Source of the DNA: an uncultured Verrucomicrobiae bacterium
GTDB taxonomy: Bacteria; Verrucomicrobiota; Verrucomicrobiia; Chthoniobacterales; UBA10450
Length of the DNA stretch: 64,000 nucleotides
Direction of reading: 5' to 3'
Assembly: GCA_963726745.1 (NCBI GenBank)
Contig: CAVSDR010000006.1
Span: 256,001 to 320,000, forward strand
Shown here: positions 1 through 10,178 of the stretch, piece by piece
Layout of the letters: each line of letters starts with the position of its first letter
How positions within the stretch are numbered: position 1 is the first letter of the stretch
Program-made: the position numbers and the translations under genes
Notes under the pieces: model-generated
What the model saw: the letters and a program-made list of their open reading frames with translations, nothing else
Told to the model about the DNA's origin: nothing
Databases searched by the model: none

Positions 1-83
1 CAAACGTCCACTTCCACCGTGGGATTCCCGCGCGAATCGAGAATTTCGCGCCCGATGATTTTCTTGATGCTGGTCTTAGCCAT
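1..83 (-). CDS. eno: Enolase, 5' end (gene continues beyond window start)
   Basis: Manual translation MAKTSIKKIIGREILDSRGNPTVEVDV, the canonical enolase N-terminus. Confidence 0.95.
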   Translation of the reverse strand, partial: MAKTSIKKIIGREILDSRGNPTVEVDV

Positions 84-128
84 AGGAGTGCCGAAGCGCG
101 ACCACAGTGCGCAGCCGGGGCGCGTTCT

Positions 129-2891
129 TCAAATCTTCTTTGCGGACTCCGCGCGGCGGCGATAGAGCGCGCGGTCGATCACGGCCGCCATCTCCCCGGC
201 GCGCGGCAGGCGCTCCGGGCCAAGGAATTCCTGCAAGCGTTCGACCGCCCGGTGGGGCTCGGAAACGAGCAGGTGATGATCCAGCTCAAGCGTCTCCGCA
301 TTGGCCACAGAGCGGAGCCAAAGCCGGGTCTCGTCGCGGTGCGCGGTGAGGGCTTGCTGCAGTTGCTTTTCGTCGAGCTCCGCGCCCTTCTCGCCGCGCC
401 GCCGGAGCATGGCTGCCTGCGATTGCACCACCTCGGCGATGTCGCGCGTCAGGAAGATGATCTTGTAATGATGCTTCCGCGGCAGCTGCCGCAGGAGCAT
501 GGAGATGCATTTGATCGCGCGGCCATCGAGGCCCTCGGCGTCGAGCGCTTCCGGGTGCTGCCCGATCTGCTTGATCGGTTCCCATTCGAAGTAGCCTCGG
601 GGGTTGTCGACATCGGCCACGCGCGCGCCATCCGTGAGCAGAGGAACGCCGCCAGCCTCGAGCATTTGCATCATCAAGGAAGTGCCGGAACGCGGCAGCC
701 CGGAGACGATGATGAAGGTCCTCCCGGAAGGCTCGGCCTCGCCGGGGGCGAAGAGATTGGGCCGCGCCTGCTGGATCCGGGCCAGGCGCTCGGCCGGCGA
801 AGGCAGCGGGCCGATCACCGCACGCTCCACGCGTGCGCGGCTGCGCCGGCTTTGGGAATCCTGGACGCGGTTTTGCGATTGGCGCTGCGCTTCGTGCGCG
901 AAAGTGCTGGCTAAAATTTCATCGTCCGCCCGGGTGCGGTAGAGCGCGGCCAGCCAGCGATGCGCGGGCACGTAGTCCGGCCGCATCACGATGGTGCGCC
1001 GGAAGGCCACGATGGCTTCCTCGAGCTTCTCCTCCCGCGCCAGGGCGACCCCGAGATAGAAGTGCGCCTGCGGCAATTGATAGAGCAACTGCACCGCCTC
1101 GAGCGCGGCATCGATCGCTCCCTGGTTATCGCGCCGGTGCAGGCGCACCATTGCCAGGCCTTCCCAGCCGGTGGCGCTTTCCGCATCCAGCTCGACCGCT
1201 CGCTGGAAGCAAACCTCAGCGTGTCCCCATTGCTTCAGCTGCACCCACAGCCAGCCAGTTTCCACCCAGGTCGACGGCAACCGCAGCATCGTTTGCATGA
1301 CCCGGCGGAGGCAATCGATCGCCGCATCGCGCTCTTCCAGGCCGAGCTTCGCGCGGGCGCGCAGAATCCAGGCGACGAGGGGCGTGTCCTCCTCGGTTGC
1401 CGGCGGGTAGGCCTGCGCGAGCAAGCGATCGGCAGCCAGGTAATAGCCGGCCTTGAGGTAGGCGTTTGCCAGTTGGTGGAGATAACGGCTTTCCCAAGGG
1501 CGCGCCTGAACCAGCTTCTCCATCACCTCCACGGCCTCGAGCGCGCGCCCGCTCGAAAGCAGCACCTGCGAAGCATTATATTGCGACTCCAGCTTCACTC
1601 CGGCGCCCCGATCGAGCGATGGGTCCTCGATATATCCCAAGGCGGCGAATTGCTGCAGCAGCTCCTCACTGTCTTCGGTTGTGTTTTCCCAGGTGAAACC
1701 CGGAGGATGCTCCCCGGTGTCTCCTTCCACCTGGTCCCAGGACGGAATGCGTTCCGGGACCGAGCCGCCCTCGATGGCTTCCGTGAGCACTTTGCCATCC
1801 ATATCTGCTCCAGCGGGCAATCCCACGAGAGCCAGAATCGTAGGGGTGACGTCGAGCAGCGTCGCACCATAGATCCGCTCGTCGCGCCGGACGCCCGGGC
1901 CGGAGAGAACGATCATGCCGTATTCGCGATGCCAGAAGATAGGCCCGGCCGGATCTTGCGGATTGCCCAGCGGGCGAAGGTCGCCGGACTGGAAGCCATG
2001 ATCGGAGCAGACGACCACGAGCGTTTCCGGCCCCGCGAGCTCGACCAGCCGGGCCAGCATTAAATCCTGCAGCCGGTAGATGCTCTCGACCACGCCTTGG
2101 TAGAGCTCGAATGGCTCCTCCGGGATGTGAGCCTGCCGCGGCGGATGAAAGGGCATGAAGCTGTGCGAAAAGTGATCGATCGCGTCGAAATAAACCGCGG
2201 TGAACTCCCACTCGGCCCGCTCCATCGCGGCGGTGGCGACCGCCTGCGTGGTGAGGCATTCACTCAGGAGGCTGACAAAAGCTTCCAGCATGCGGTCCTG
2301 GCTTTGGTCGATCTCGGCCGCGCGTGGAATGAACGGGAGGACCAACTCTTCGGTCACCTCTGCAGGCAGCATGCGCAGGGGCCCGAACTCGTCGGCTAAA
2401 TTCGCCGGATGGATCGAGCCCGGCGGGACGCGCCAAGTCTCCGCGCCTACGGGCCGCGTCTGCCGGAAGTAATCCGTGACCACGGTCCCATGGAGCGGTT
2501 CCGCTGGATGGCTGGCCCACCAGGCGATGACGTTGCAACGCCAGCCGAGCGCTTGTTGCAGGATGTTCCAGAGCGCCTTGGTCCGCCGGCTGGTGGAGGC
2601 CACGGGCCGCAGCCGGCCCGAGGGATCGGCCTCGGTAAAGCCGAGGATGCCATGCTTGTCGGCCGTCTTGCCGGTGACGATCGAGGTCCAGAGCATCGGC
2701 GAGATCATCGGATGCAGCGTGGAGAGATTCCCCATCACGCCGTGCTCGATTAACTTCGCCAGCGCGGGCATTTTCCCGGCGTCGAGCAGCGGGGAAATCA
2801 CTCTCCAGTCAGCGGCATCCCAGCCGACCAGCAGGATGCGCCGGGGCTTGCTCGCGGAAGCTGGGGGGGAATGCGGAGGTTCCGGAGTCAT
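129..2891 (-). CDS. Alkaline-phosphatase-superfamily (nucleotide pyrophosphatase/phosphodiesterase-like) + TPR + C-terminal sulfotransferase-like fusion
   Basis: N-terminal LVGWDAADW...SPMLWTSIVTG and SDHGF motifs; central TPR-like helices; C-terminal SGLPRSGTSLMMQML PAPS-binding-type loop and NPRGYFEW. Confidence 0.8.
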   Translation of the reverse strand: MTPEPPHSPPASASKPRRILLVGWDAADWRVISPLLDAGKMPALAKLIEHGVMGNLSTLHPMISPMLWTSIVTGKTADKHGILGFTEADPSGRLRPVASTSRRTKALWNILQQALGWRCNVIAWWASHPAEPLHGTVVTDYFRQTRPVGAETWRVPPGSIHPANLADEFGPLRMLPAEVTEELVLPFIPRAAEIDQSQDRMLEAFVSLLSECLTTQAVATAAMERAEWEFTAVYFDAIDHFSHSFMPFHPPRQAHIPEEPFELYQGVVESIYRLQDLMLARLVELAGPETLVVVCSDHGFQSGDLRPLGNPQDPAGPIFWHREYGMIVLSGPGVRRDERIYGATLLDVTPTILALVGLPAGADMDGKVLTEAIEGGSVPERIPSWDQVEGDTGEHPPGFTWENTTEDSEELLQQFAALGYIEDPSLDRGAGVKLESQYNASQVLLSSGRALEAVEVMEKLVQARPWESRYLHQLANAYLKAGYYLAADRLLAQAYPPATEEDTPLVAWILRARAKLGLEERDAAIDCLRRVMQTMLRLPSTWVETGWLWVQLKQWGHAEVCFQRAVELDAESATGWEGLAMVRLHRRDNQGAIDAALEAVQLLYQLPQAHFYLGVALAREEKLEEAIVAFRRTIVMRPDYVPAHRWLAALYRTRADDEILASTFAHEAQRQSQNRVQDSQSRRSRARVERAVIGPLPSPAERLARIQQARPNLFAPGEAEPSGRTFIIVSGLPRSGTSLMMQMLEAGGVPLLTDGARVADVDNPRGYFEWEPIKQIGQHPEALDAEGLDGRAIKCISMLLRQLPRKHHYKIIFLTRDIAEVVQSQAAMLRRRGEKGAELDEKQLQQALTAHRDETRLWLRSVANAETLELDHHLLVSEPHRAVERLQEFLGPERLPRAGEMAAVIDRALYRRRAESAKKI

Positions 2892-3027
2892 CGAGGGATT
2901 GCATTAAAGCAGAGAAGGCGCGTGGAGGAATGAATTTTGCGGGCCTAATAGATTTTTCATATTGACGAAACGCTGCCCCTTCGCAAAGGATGCAACCCGC
3001 TCAGAAACAAATCCTTCCTTACCTCAC

Positions 3028-3771
3028 ATGAAATCGACTTCCCCTGCCTCCTCCCCCCGCGACCTCCGGCTTCTGCGCTACTGCGCCACCGGCCTTGGCG
3101 CCGCCGCCGTCACTGGCGCGGTGACCCAGGCCGACGCCGCGATCGTGTTCGTGAATTACAATAATCAGGTCGTCCTCGATACCACTCCCGCCGACAGTAC
3201 ATTTACCCTCTTCAGTTTTGACCTGGACGGAAATGGGACGATCGATTTCCGGCTGGGCCAGCGCACGGGCGACACCAATGGCGGTGGCGCTATCGTCCTC
3301 GCGCCTACGGGCGGGACCCTCGGAGTGATCGGCATTTCTTCCTCGGGCTACAACTATGCGGGCCGTCTGGGTGGGGGCGTGAACGTCGGACCCGGGGCCG
3401 GCTTCCTGAACCTGACCGGCTCGGGATTCGGCGCCCGCGCCAGTCTTGCGAGCGGCAACGGTTTCCCCAACAGCCAGTGGGCCAGCCCCTCGCCTTCGAC
3501 CGGTTATCTCGGCTTGCGCTTCACCGGTGTCGGCGGAGTGACCCAGTACGCCTGGCTGCAATTGACCGTGGACGGGAACACCAACCCAGGGGCCCGCAAG
3601 ATCACGCTCATCGGGGCGGCGTTCGAGAACACCGGCGCAGCCATCCAAACTGGCGCGGTCCCGGAACCCACGACCACCTCTCTCGGGTTGCTCGCGCTCG
3701 GCGCTTTTGGCCTGATGGCGCACCGCAAACGCACCGCGGCACGCCGCGCGGCCGCCCAGGCTGCTGCCTAA
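3028..3771 (+). CDS. PEP-CTERM sorting-domain surface protein
   Basis: Signal-like N-terminus ending ADA-AIV; C-terminal VPEP + hydrophobic helix + basic tail (VPEPTTTSLGLLALGAFGLMAHRKR). Confidence 0.88.
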   Translation: MKSTSPASSPRDLRLLRYCATGLGAAAVTGAVTQADAAIVFVNYNNQVVLDTTPADSTFTLFSFDLDGNGTIDFRLGQRTGDTNGGGAIVLAPTGGTLGVIGISSSGYNYAGRLGGGVNVGPGAGFLNLTGSGFGARASLASGNGFPNSQWASPSPSTGYLGLRFTGVGGVTQYAWLQLTVDGNTNPGARKITLIGAAFENTGAAIQTGAVPEPTTTSLGLLALGAFGLMAHRKRTAARRAAAQAAA

Positions 3772-3789
3772 CGAAATCTGCTCTCGCGC

Positions 3790-3829
3790 GCGCCGGTCGT
3801 TGCCTCTGCAGCGGCCGGCGCTTTTTTTT
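3790..3829 (+). terminator. Rho-independent terminator
   Basis: GCGCCGGTCGTTGC-ctct-GCAGCGGCCGGCGC stem followed by T8, just after the PEP-CTERM stop. Confidence 0.85.
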
Positions 3830-3898
3830 GCGCGCGTCGTGCTGGCTCCGGGCGACATTCCCGCTGGCAAAATGCTCCGCTGCGCCTAATCTGCGCAG

Positions 3899-4708
3899 AT
3901 GTTTTTTCGCACCGGCCTCGCCCTGGCGGGATTGATCGGCAGCGCCTGCGCCCTCCTTGCGGAGCCGGCGGCGTTGACCCCGGAGGAAATGGCCCGAGCG
4001 GTCCATAGCGACGCGGTCACCATTCCCAGCCCGGGCGAGCTCTTTGCCGCGCTCTCGAAGCCAGGGAAGCCGGACTGGGCCTCGCATTTCCGCAGCGCCG
4101 TGCCCACGACCTACAACAACCGCGCGCAGATCGCGCTCAACCTCGGCGGCCTGGTGGCCGATGGCTTCATCGCGGTCGAGGCGCAGGATAGCCAGCAAGT
4201 GAAGAATACCGGGGCCGACATCCTCAAGCTCGCGAAGGCGCTGGGCGTGAGCGAGAACGTCCTCGGCCGCGGCAAGAGCATCAACGAATTTGCCGAGAGC
4301 GATAACTGGAGCGCGCTCCAGGAGGAACTCGAGTCGACGCAAAACGAGGTCAAGACCTCGATGCAATCAAACCACGACACGGATTACGTGATCCTGGTGA
4401 GCCTCGGCGGGTGGATCCGCGGGACGGAAGTGGTCACATCGTTGCTCCTGAAGGATTACAACGAAGAGACCGCCAAGGTCCTGCGCCAGCCGGCGCTCGT
4501 TGGCTACCTCCAGTCGAAGGTAAAAGAAGTTTCGCCCGAGCTGCAGAACGAGCCGCTGGTGAAATCCGTCAGCGAACAGCTCTCGGAAATTCAAAAACTC
4601 GTCACCTTTCCCGGCTCCGGCACGCCAACGGCTGAAGAGGTGGCGCAGCTGCATACCGCGGTCACGAAATTAATGGAACTGATTCAAAGCAAACCGGAGG
4701 CAAAATGA
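3899..4708 (+). CDS. Secreted hypothetical protein, predicted all-helical
   Basis: 269 aa ORF with signal peptide; stop overlaps next start (ATGA). Confidence 0.75.
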   Translation: MFFRTGLALAGLIGSACALLAEPAALTPEEMARAVHSDAVTIPSPGELFAALSKPGKPDWASHFRSAVPTTYNNRAQIALNLGGLVADGFIAVEAQDSQQVKNTGADILKLAKALGVSENVLGRGKSINEFAESDNWSALQEELESTQNEVKTSMQSNHDTDYVILVSLGGWIRGTEVVTSLLLKDYNEETAKVLRQPALVGYLQSKVKEVSPELQNEPLVKSVSEQLSEIQKLVTFPGSGTPTAEEVAQLHTAVTKLMELIQSKPEAK

Positions 4709-5133
4709 AGCGTGCCTGTTTTCTCCTGCTCGCTCTCGTCGCAGCCAGCTCCTCTCTGCGCGCGGCCCCGACCGACAACGAAGTCGAGGCGCACAAGATC
4801 GCCCTGGAATTAGCCGGCGCTTTCTCGAACGACGGTTTCAAGATTCGCGATGGCCATTGGGCCGGGCAACTCTCGAAAAATACCAGGCAGCTCGTGGCGG
4901 TGAATCTCTACGCGGGGAACCAGTATTGGTTCTCTGCCGGTGCCGCGGGCGCGAAAAACTTCGCGGTGCATCTTTTCGATGAAACCGGGCAGCCGCTGGC
5001 GACGGAGAACTTCGCCGACGAGGAGAAAGCAGCGGCCGGTTTTGCGCCAACGACGAGCGGGCAATACTTCGTGCAGATCGATCCGCAGAACGTCGACGGC
5101 GCCACTTTTTGCCTCGTCTATTCTTATAAATGA
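4705..5133 (+). CDS. Secreted hypothetical protein (beta-sandwich/PPC-like)
   Basis: Signal peptide; beta-rich C-terminal half; translationally coupled to neighbours. Confidence 0.7.
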   Translation: MKRACFLLLALVAASSSLRAAPTDNEVEAHKIALELAGAFSNDGFKIRDGHWAGQLSKNTRQLVAVNLYAGNQYWFSAGAAGAKNFAVHLFDETGQPLATENFADEEKAAAGFAPTTSGQYFVQIDPQNVDGATFCLVYSYK

Positions 5134-5588
5134 AAGTGCTCCCTCTCGCTTTGCTCGCGTTCGCGCTTGCTCTGGCCGCCTGTTCGACGGCCAACAAGAT
5201 CACGTCCGCGGACACGAAGAACGGGAAGCTTTTTGCCGTCGCCGCCGACCAGACAGCGTTTTATCGCTACGGCCCGCAGCAGGGCAATGGCCCCGATGAG
5301 CAGCTCCCGCGCGACACTTTGATGACGCTCATTCGCCCTTCCTTCGGTTACTGCAAAGTGCAGCTCGTCACCGGCGCGAAGGAGGGCTACGTCGCGAGCG
5401 AAGACATTCGCCCGGCGCCGCCCACGCTCTTGGCTTCGCTCAATCCCCCGCCGCCGAGCACGACCACTCCGGCGGTGGAAAATTTCGACATCCACTCCTC
5501 CGAGCCGCCGCCGCCGGAAAACCTTCCGATGCCCGATCTCCCGCCCGCGGCCGACGCCCCGGCGCCTTCGCCGACCCCGGAGATTTAG
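5130..5588 (+). CDS. Lipoprotein with SH3-like domain and Pro-rich tail
   Basis: Lipobox LAAC; GYCKVQL...EGYVAS SH3b-like pattern. Confidence 0.7.
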   Translation: MKVLPLALLAFALALAACSTANKITSADTKNGKLFAVAADQTAFYRYGPQQGNGPDEQLPRDTLMTLIRPSFGYCKVQLVTGAKEGYVASEDIRPAPPTLLASLNPPPPSTTTPAVENFDIHSSEPPPPENLPMPDLPPAADAPAPSPTPEI

Positions 5589-5637
5589 CCAGCAAGCTGG
5601 CGCCCGCGGCCGCCGCGGGGCCACCTTGCGCAGCGCG

Positions 5638-5913
5638 ATGATTGCGAAGCAGGTTTTCTTTCAAGGCCACGTGCAAGGCGTGGGCTTCCGCTACTCCGTA
5701 AAGCAGATCGCGCACGGCTTTGCCGTCATCGGCTGGGTGCGCAATCTTGCCGATGGCCGGGTGGAAATGCAGGTCGCAGGGGAAGCGGAGGAGCTGGCCG
5801 CGTTCCTCGAGGCGATCGGGCAAAGCCACCTGCGGGCGCACATCCGCGGGCAAACCGAGCACTCGTTAGACCAGCCGCCGGTCGCGCGCGGATTCGAGAT
5901 TCATCATGACTGA
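5638..5913 (+). CDS. acyP: Acylphosphatase
   Basis: GHVQGVGFR and GWVRNLADGRVE signatures. Confidence 0.93.
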   Translation: MIAKQVFFQGHVQGVGFRYSVKQIAHGFAVIGWVRNLADGRVEMQVAGEAEELAAFLEAIGQSHLRAHIRGQTEHSLDQPPVARGFEIHHD

Positions 5914-6778
5914 GTCAGCGCCACCGGCAGTGGCCGTGACGGATGTGACCAAGGTCTTTCCGAGCCCCTTTCGGCGCAGCTCGGTCGTCGCGGTGCGTGA
6001 TCTTAGCCTGCAGGTTGAGCCCGGTGAAATTTACGGGCTCCTGGGCCCGAATGGTTCCGGCAAAAGCACCACCCTTAAAATAATCCTCGGCCTTGTCTCT
6101 CCCACCCGCGGGCATGCGGAGATTTTCGGCCGCGCGAGCGACCTCGTGGCCAGCCGCGCGGCCGTCGGTTTCCTTCCCGAGAGCCCTTACTTCTACAAGT
6201 TCCTCACCGCCGCGGAGACCCTGCGTTTCTTCGGGAAACTGTGCGGGCTGGGCGGCCAGGCGCTCGCGGCGCGGGTCGAGGAATTGCTCGACCTCGTGGG
6301 CCTAACGAAGGCGCGCGATCGCCGGCTGGCTGGCTTTTCCAAGGGCATGCTCCAGCGCATCGGCCTGGCGCAGGCGCTGGTAAACGATCCGCGATTGGTT
6401 GTCCTGGATGAGCCCACGGCCGGGGTCGATCCCGCCGGCTCGCGCGACATTCGCGATCTGCTCCTGCGCCTGAAAGCGCGCGGCATGACCGTCCTGCTTT
6501 CGTCGCATTTGCTCGAGCAGGTCCAGGAAGTTTGCGATCGCGTCGGCATTTTGGCCAACGGGCGTCTGGTGCGTCAGGGCCGGATCGATGAACTGCTCGC
6601 GGTGCAGAATCAGACCGAACTCGTCTTGCAGAATGCCGGCCCGGAATTACTCAGCGAGATCCGAAAATTAGCCGGCAACTTGGGCGCGGAAGTGATCGCC
6701 GAACGCGTCCCGCAGACTACCTTGGAACGCCTCTTCCTCCAGGCCACCCAGTCTGCGCCCGAGCCTAACGAGGAATAA
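5906..6778 (+). CDS. ABC transporter ATP-binding protein (ABC-2 type)
   Basis: Walker A GPNGSGKST, signature FSKGMLQR, Walker B VVLDEP, SSH switch. Confidence 0.93.
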   Translation: MTESAPPAVAVTDVTKVFPSPFRRSSVVAVRDLSLQVEPGEIYGLLGPNGSGKSTTLKIILGLVSPTRGHAEIFGRASDLVASRAAVGFLPESPYFYKFLTAAETLRFFGKLCGLGGQALAARVEELLDLVGLTKARDRRLAGFSKGMLQRIGLAQALVNDPRLVVLDEPTAGVDPAGSRDIRDLLLRLKARGMTVLLSSHLLEQVQEVCDRVGILANGRLVRQGRIDELLAVQNQTELVLQNAGPELLSEIRKLAGNLGAEVIAERVPQTTLERLFLQATQSAPEPNEE

Positions 6779-7634
6779 TTTCCGCCGAGGGCCGGCGGTT
6801 TTGCACCAGCGAGGTCGCGTTTTTGCGCTCGTTCTGCACGAAGGTGTTGTTGTCGCCGTACTGCGCCCACGGTCCTGGCGGCACATCCTTGAAGTCGACA
6901 AATTTCCAATCGGTCACATCCGTGTCCTGCATTCCGAGGAAGTCGCGCACCGCGGGCGAAACATCGAGCCCGGCGCCTTTGTTCAAGTTCGGCTTCGGGC
7001 GTTCGTTGCCGAAGACATACTGCCAGTGATCCGTGCGGAATGGGCCCGCGTCTTCCCATTGTGCGTAGGCCGTGCGGTTGCCTTTGCGAATCGCAATCCA
7101 GCGACCTTTGCAGGTGGAAACGCCGGGGCCTTGATACGCTTCCTTGAACCACGGCACCACCCGCGCCGCTTCCGGCCGATGACCTTCGCGCGCTTTGTCG
7201 TTATACGGCAGGGCGATGTAAAACGGGTTCTGCTTCGGCGTAAAATTGGCCGGGATCAGGTTCCGCCGCGACTCGGGATTCGGGTTGTCGTAACCGCCGT
7301 AATTTTTCGTCCAATCCTTGTCCCACGAGCTCGCGTGATTCGGCGTTGGATTATTCTCCGTCGGCTTTTCGCCGATCCAGAAGACCGTGGTCACGATGTC
7401 GTTCTTCCACGGGTATTCCTGCTTAGCCGGCGGCATGAAGAGCGTCCGATTCGTCGGCGCGAAGACCGAGGGGCCAGTGTTGGAACTGTTCGAGCCGCTG
7501 GTGCTTTCGCCCCCTTTTTTGCTCAGCTTCGTTTTCGAAACCTGCGCCGAGGGCGCGGCGGCCGCGTGGGTGAAAAGTGAAGTCACGGACGAGAGCAAGA
7601 CTGCGAAAGTGTGAGTAAGAGTTCCTGGTTTCAT
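6765..7634 (-). CDS. Secreted protein with possible double-psi beta-barrel (RlpA/expansin-like) domain
   Basis: Signal peptide; YIALPY...CKGRWIAI...WEDAGP...GLDVSPAV pattern. Confidence 0.6.
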   Translation of the reverse strand: MKPGTLTHTFAVLLSSVTSLFTHAAAAPSAQVSKTKLSKKGGESTSGSNSSNTGPSVFAPTNRTLFMPPAKQEYPWKNDIVTTVFWIGEKPTENNPTPNHASSWDKDWTKNYGGYDNPNPESRRNLIPANFTPKQNPFYIALPYNDKAREGHRPEAARVVPWFKEAYQGPGVSTCKGRWIAIRKGNRTAYAQWEDAGPFRTDHWQYVFGNERPKPNLNKGAGLDVSPAVRDFLGMQDTDVTDWKFVDFKDVPPGPWAQYGDNNTFVQNERKNATSLVQNRRPSAEIIPR

Positions 7635-7872
7635 GGGCTTGGGAGGACGCGAAGACGTCCGCAAAAAACGAACGGAAGAGAACCACAAACTGATTCGTTT
7701 GGGGGCGGGGCTCCGGGCGCATCGCGCAGTTGCTAAACTGCGGTGCAGAGGGCGAGCCGCGCCACCTCAGTTGGGGCGTTGTTTGGTGTCGCCTTCCCTG
7801 CCCCGGTTTCGCCCGGAAGTCAAGGAATGCGCCTGCGCTTCGCGCTTCGCGCCGGCGGCGATTCCGGATAGC

Positions 7873-8763
7873 ATGACCTCCATGAACGTGCGCGGCTTTC
7901 TCGTTTCCGGCTTCTTCGCTCTCCTCCTGGCGCCTGCGCTCCCGGCGCAAAGTCCCGCACCCGCACACGCCGGAAAAGAGATCGTGACTGCCTTCTGGAA
8001 CATCCGCTGGTTCCCCGGCGGCCGGCCAAATGCTTACCGCGCCGAGCAGGAAAAACAAACCCGCGCGGTCCATGCCGACATCGTGAAGCTGAACGCCGAC
8101 GTCATCGGCTTCGAGGAAGTGCGCGACTGGGAAAACGCCGGCCTGGCGGTGCGCCCGCTCGAGGGCTTCAAGGTCGACGTGTGTTCCACTTTTCCGCCCC
8201 GCGAAGGCCAAACCGAGACGCAGCAAGTTGCGATCGTTAGCCGCCTGCAGCCGATCAGCGCGTGGGCCGAGGAATGGAAACCTGGCGCCGCGGTCACGCC
8301 GCCGCGCGGCTTTGCCTTCGCCGCGTATGAACTTGCCGCCAAAAAACTTTTGCTGGTCTACGCGCTGCACTTGAAGAGCAACCGCGGCGACGCGCTCGAG
8401 GACATCGCCATTCGCGAAGAATCGATGCGGCAATTAATCGACCACATGAAGGCGATGAACCTCGCCTATCGCGGCCTCGGCGAGATCACCTGGGTCGTCG
8501 GCGGCGACTTCAACACCGCGCCGGACGATCCGCGCTTCAAGGACGAGAAAACCACTACGCAGCTGACCGACATCGGCTTCCAATGGGTTTGGAAAAACAT
8601 GCCGAAAGAGCAGCGCATCACCATGCCGCCGGACAAGCGTTTCCCGGCCGCGACCTTCGACCACATTTTCTTTCGTGGCGCGACCCTGCGCAAAGCCGAG
8701 GTCATTCCCACGGCGGAAGCTTCGAGCGATCACCGCGCGGTGCGCGGCGTTTTCGCGTTTTAG
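7873..8763 (+). CDS. Exported endonuclease/exonuclease/phosphatase family protein
   Basis: WNI, HLKS, GGDFN, FDHIF and SDH motifs; signal peptide. Confidence 0.88.
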   Translation: MTSMNVRGFLVSGFFALLLAPALPAQSPAPAHAGKEIVTAFWNIRWFPGGRPNAYRAEQEKQTRAVHADIVKLNADVIGFEEVRDWENAGLAVRPLEGFKVDVCSTFPPREGQTETQQVAIVSRLQPISAWAEEWKPGAAVTPPRGFAFAAYELAAKKLLLVYALHLKSNRGDALEDIAIREESMRQLIDHMKAMNLAYRGLGEITWVVGGDFNTAPDDPRFKDEKTTTQLTDIGFQWVWKNMPKEQRITMPPDKRFPAATFDHIFFRGATLRKAEVIPTAEASSDHRAVRGVFAF

Positions 8764-8781
8764 CCGGCGACTCGGCGGCGG

Positions 8782-10161
8782 CTAGTCAAGGAACTTGCCG
8801 GGGTTCAGAATCCCCTCCGGATCGAGCGCGTCCTTGATCCGCCGATGGAGCGCGCGCGCGACCTCGCTCGTGGCCTCCGGCCACCAACGTTTCTTCGCCA
8901 GGCCGATGCCGTGCTCGCCGGTAATCACCCCACCCCACGCGAGCACCTGCGCGAAAAGTTCATCCAGCGCCGTCTCCACTTTCGCCCGCACCGCGGCGTC
9001 GCGGTTGTAACGCTCGGCCATGATGTTGACGTGAATATTTCCGTCGCCCGCATGCCCGAAGGCGGCCACGGGAAAGCCGTGCTTCTTTTGCAGTGCGTCG
9101 GCAAATTCGACCAGGTCAACCAGGCGACTGCGCGGGACCACGATGTCCTGGTTAAGCTTCGTTAGGCCGGTGGCCCGGAGCGAATTGCTGAACTCGCGCC
9201 GCAGCGCCCAGAGCTTCTCGCAATCCGCCTCCACGGTCGCGATCTCCACGCGATTGGGCTTCATCGAATCGATCAGCGCGCGTAGTTTTTCCATCTCCAG
9301 CGCGACCGTTTCCGGCTGGCCATCGAGGTCGACCAGGAGGTGCGCATTTCCCGGCGCGACCACGTCCGCCCCGAGGTCGCGCCGCGCCGCTTCGAGCGTG
9401 AAGTGGTCGGCTATTTCCAGCGAGGAAGGCAGGAAGCCGTGCGCAAAAATCTTCTGCACCGCCGCGGCCGCGGTCGACATCCTCTCAAAGGCGGCCGAGA
9501 GCGTGGCGCGCGCTGGCGGCAGCGGCAGGAGCTTGAGCGTGATCTCAGTTACGATCCCGAGCATCCCTTCCGAGCCCACGAAGAGGCCGATCAAATCGAA
9601 GCCGGTTTTGTTTTTGTGCACCCGTCCGCCAGTGCGCAAAATTTCTCCGCTCGGCAGCACCACTTCCAGGCCAATGACATAATTGCGCGTGACGCCATAC
9701 TTCAAACATCGCGGGCCGCCGGCATTCGTGGCCACGTTTCCGCCCAGGCTGCAATGCGCCAAGCTGGCCGGATCGGGCGGATAAAAGAGCTTCAGCTCCC
9801 GGGCGCGCGCTGCCAGATCGAGCGTAATTACGCCGGGCTCTACTACCGCCACCGCGTCGGCAAAACTCACATCCTTGATCCGATTCATCCGCGCGAGCGA
9901 AAGCGCGATTCCACCGCGCACCGGCACGCAACCGCCCACATAGCCATAACCGGCGCCACGCGGCGTGACGGCTATTTTCTTCTCCGAGGCGAAGCGCATC
10001 AGCGTGCTCACCTGCGCGGTCGTTTCCGCGAAGACGACGACTTCCGGCAACCCGCTGGCAAACCACTTATCGCCCGCATGCGCTGCGAGCGTCTCCGCAT
10101 CATCGGCGATCGCCCGGGCCCCGAGCAATTCGACCAGCTGCTGCTTCAATCCCAAATGCAA
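8782..10161 (-). CDS. FAD-linked oxidase, GlcD / D-2-hydroxyacid dehydrogenase family
   Basis: PDPAS, GGNVATNAGG, GSEGMLGI, GHAGDGNIH, GEHGIG, LNPGK motifs; start uncertain. Confidence 0.9.
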   Translation of the reverse strand: MHLGLKQQLVELLGARAIADDAETLAAHAGDKWFASGLPEVVVFAETTAQVSTLMRFASEKKIAVTPRGAGYGYVGGCVPVRGGIALSLARMNRIKDVSFADAVAVVEPGVITLDLAARARELKLFYPPDPASLAHCSLGGNVATNAGGPRCLKYGVTRNYVIGLEVVLPSGEILRTGGRVHKNKTGFDLIGLFVGSEGMLGIVTEITLKLLPLPPARATLSAAFERMSTAAAAVQKIFAHGFLPSSLEIADHFTLEAARRDLGADVVAPGNAHLLVDLDGQPETVALEMEKLRALIDSMKPNRVEIATVEADCEKLWALRREFSNSLRATGLTKLNQDIVVPRSRLVDLVEFADALQKKHGFPVAAFGHAGDGNIHVNIMAERYNRDAAVRAKVETALDELFAQVLAWGGVITGEHGIGLAKKRWWPEATSEVARALHRRIKDALDPEGILNPGKFLD

Positions 10162-10178
10162 AGTCGAGCTTCGATCTG

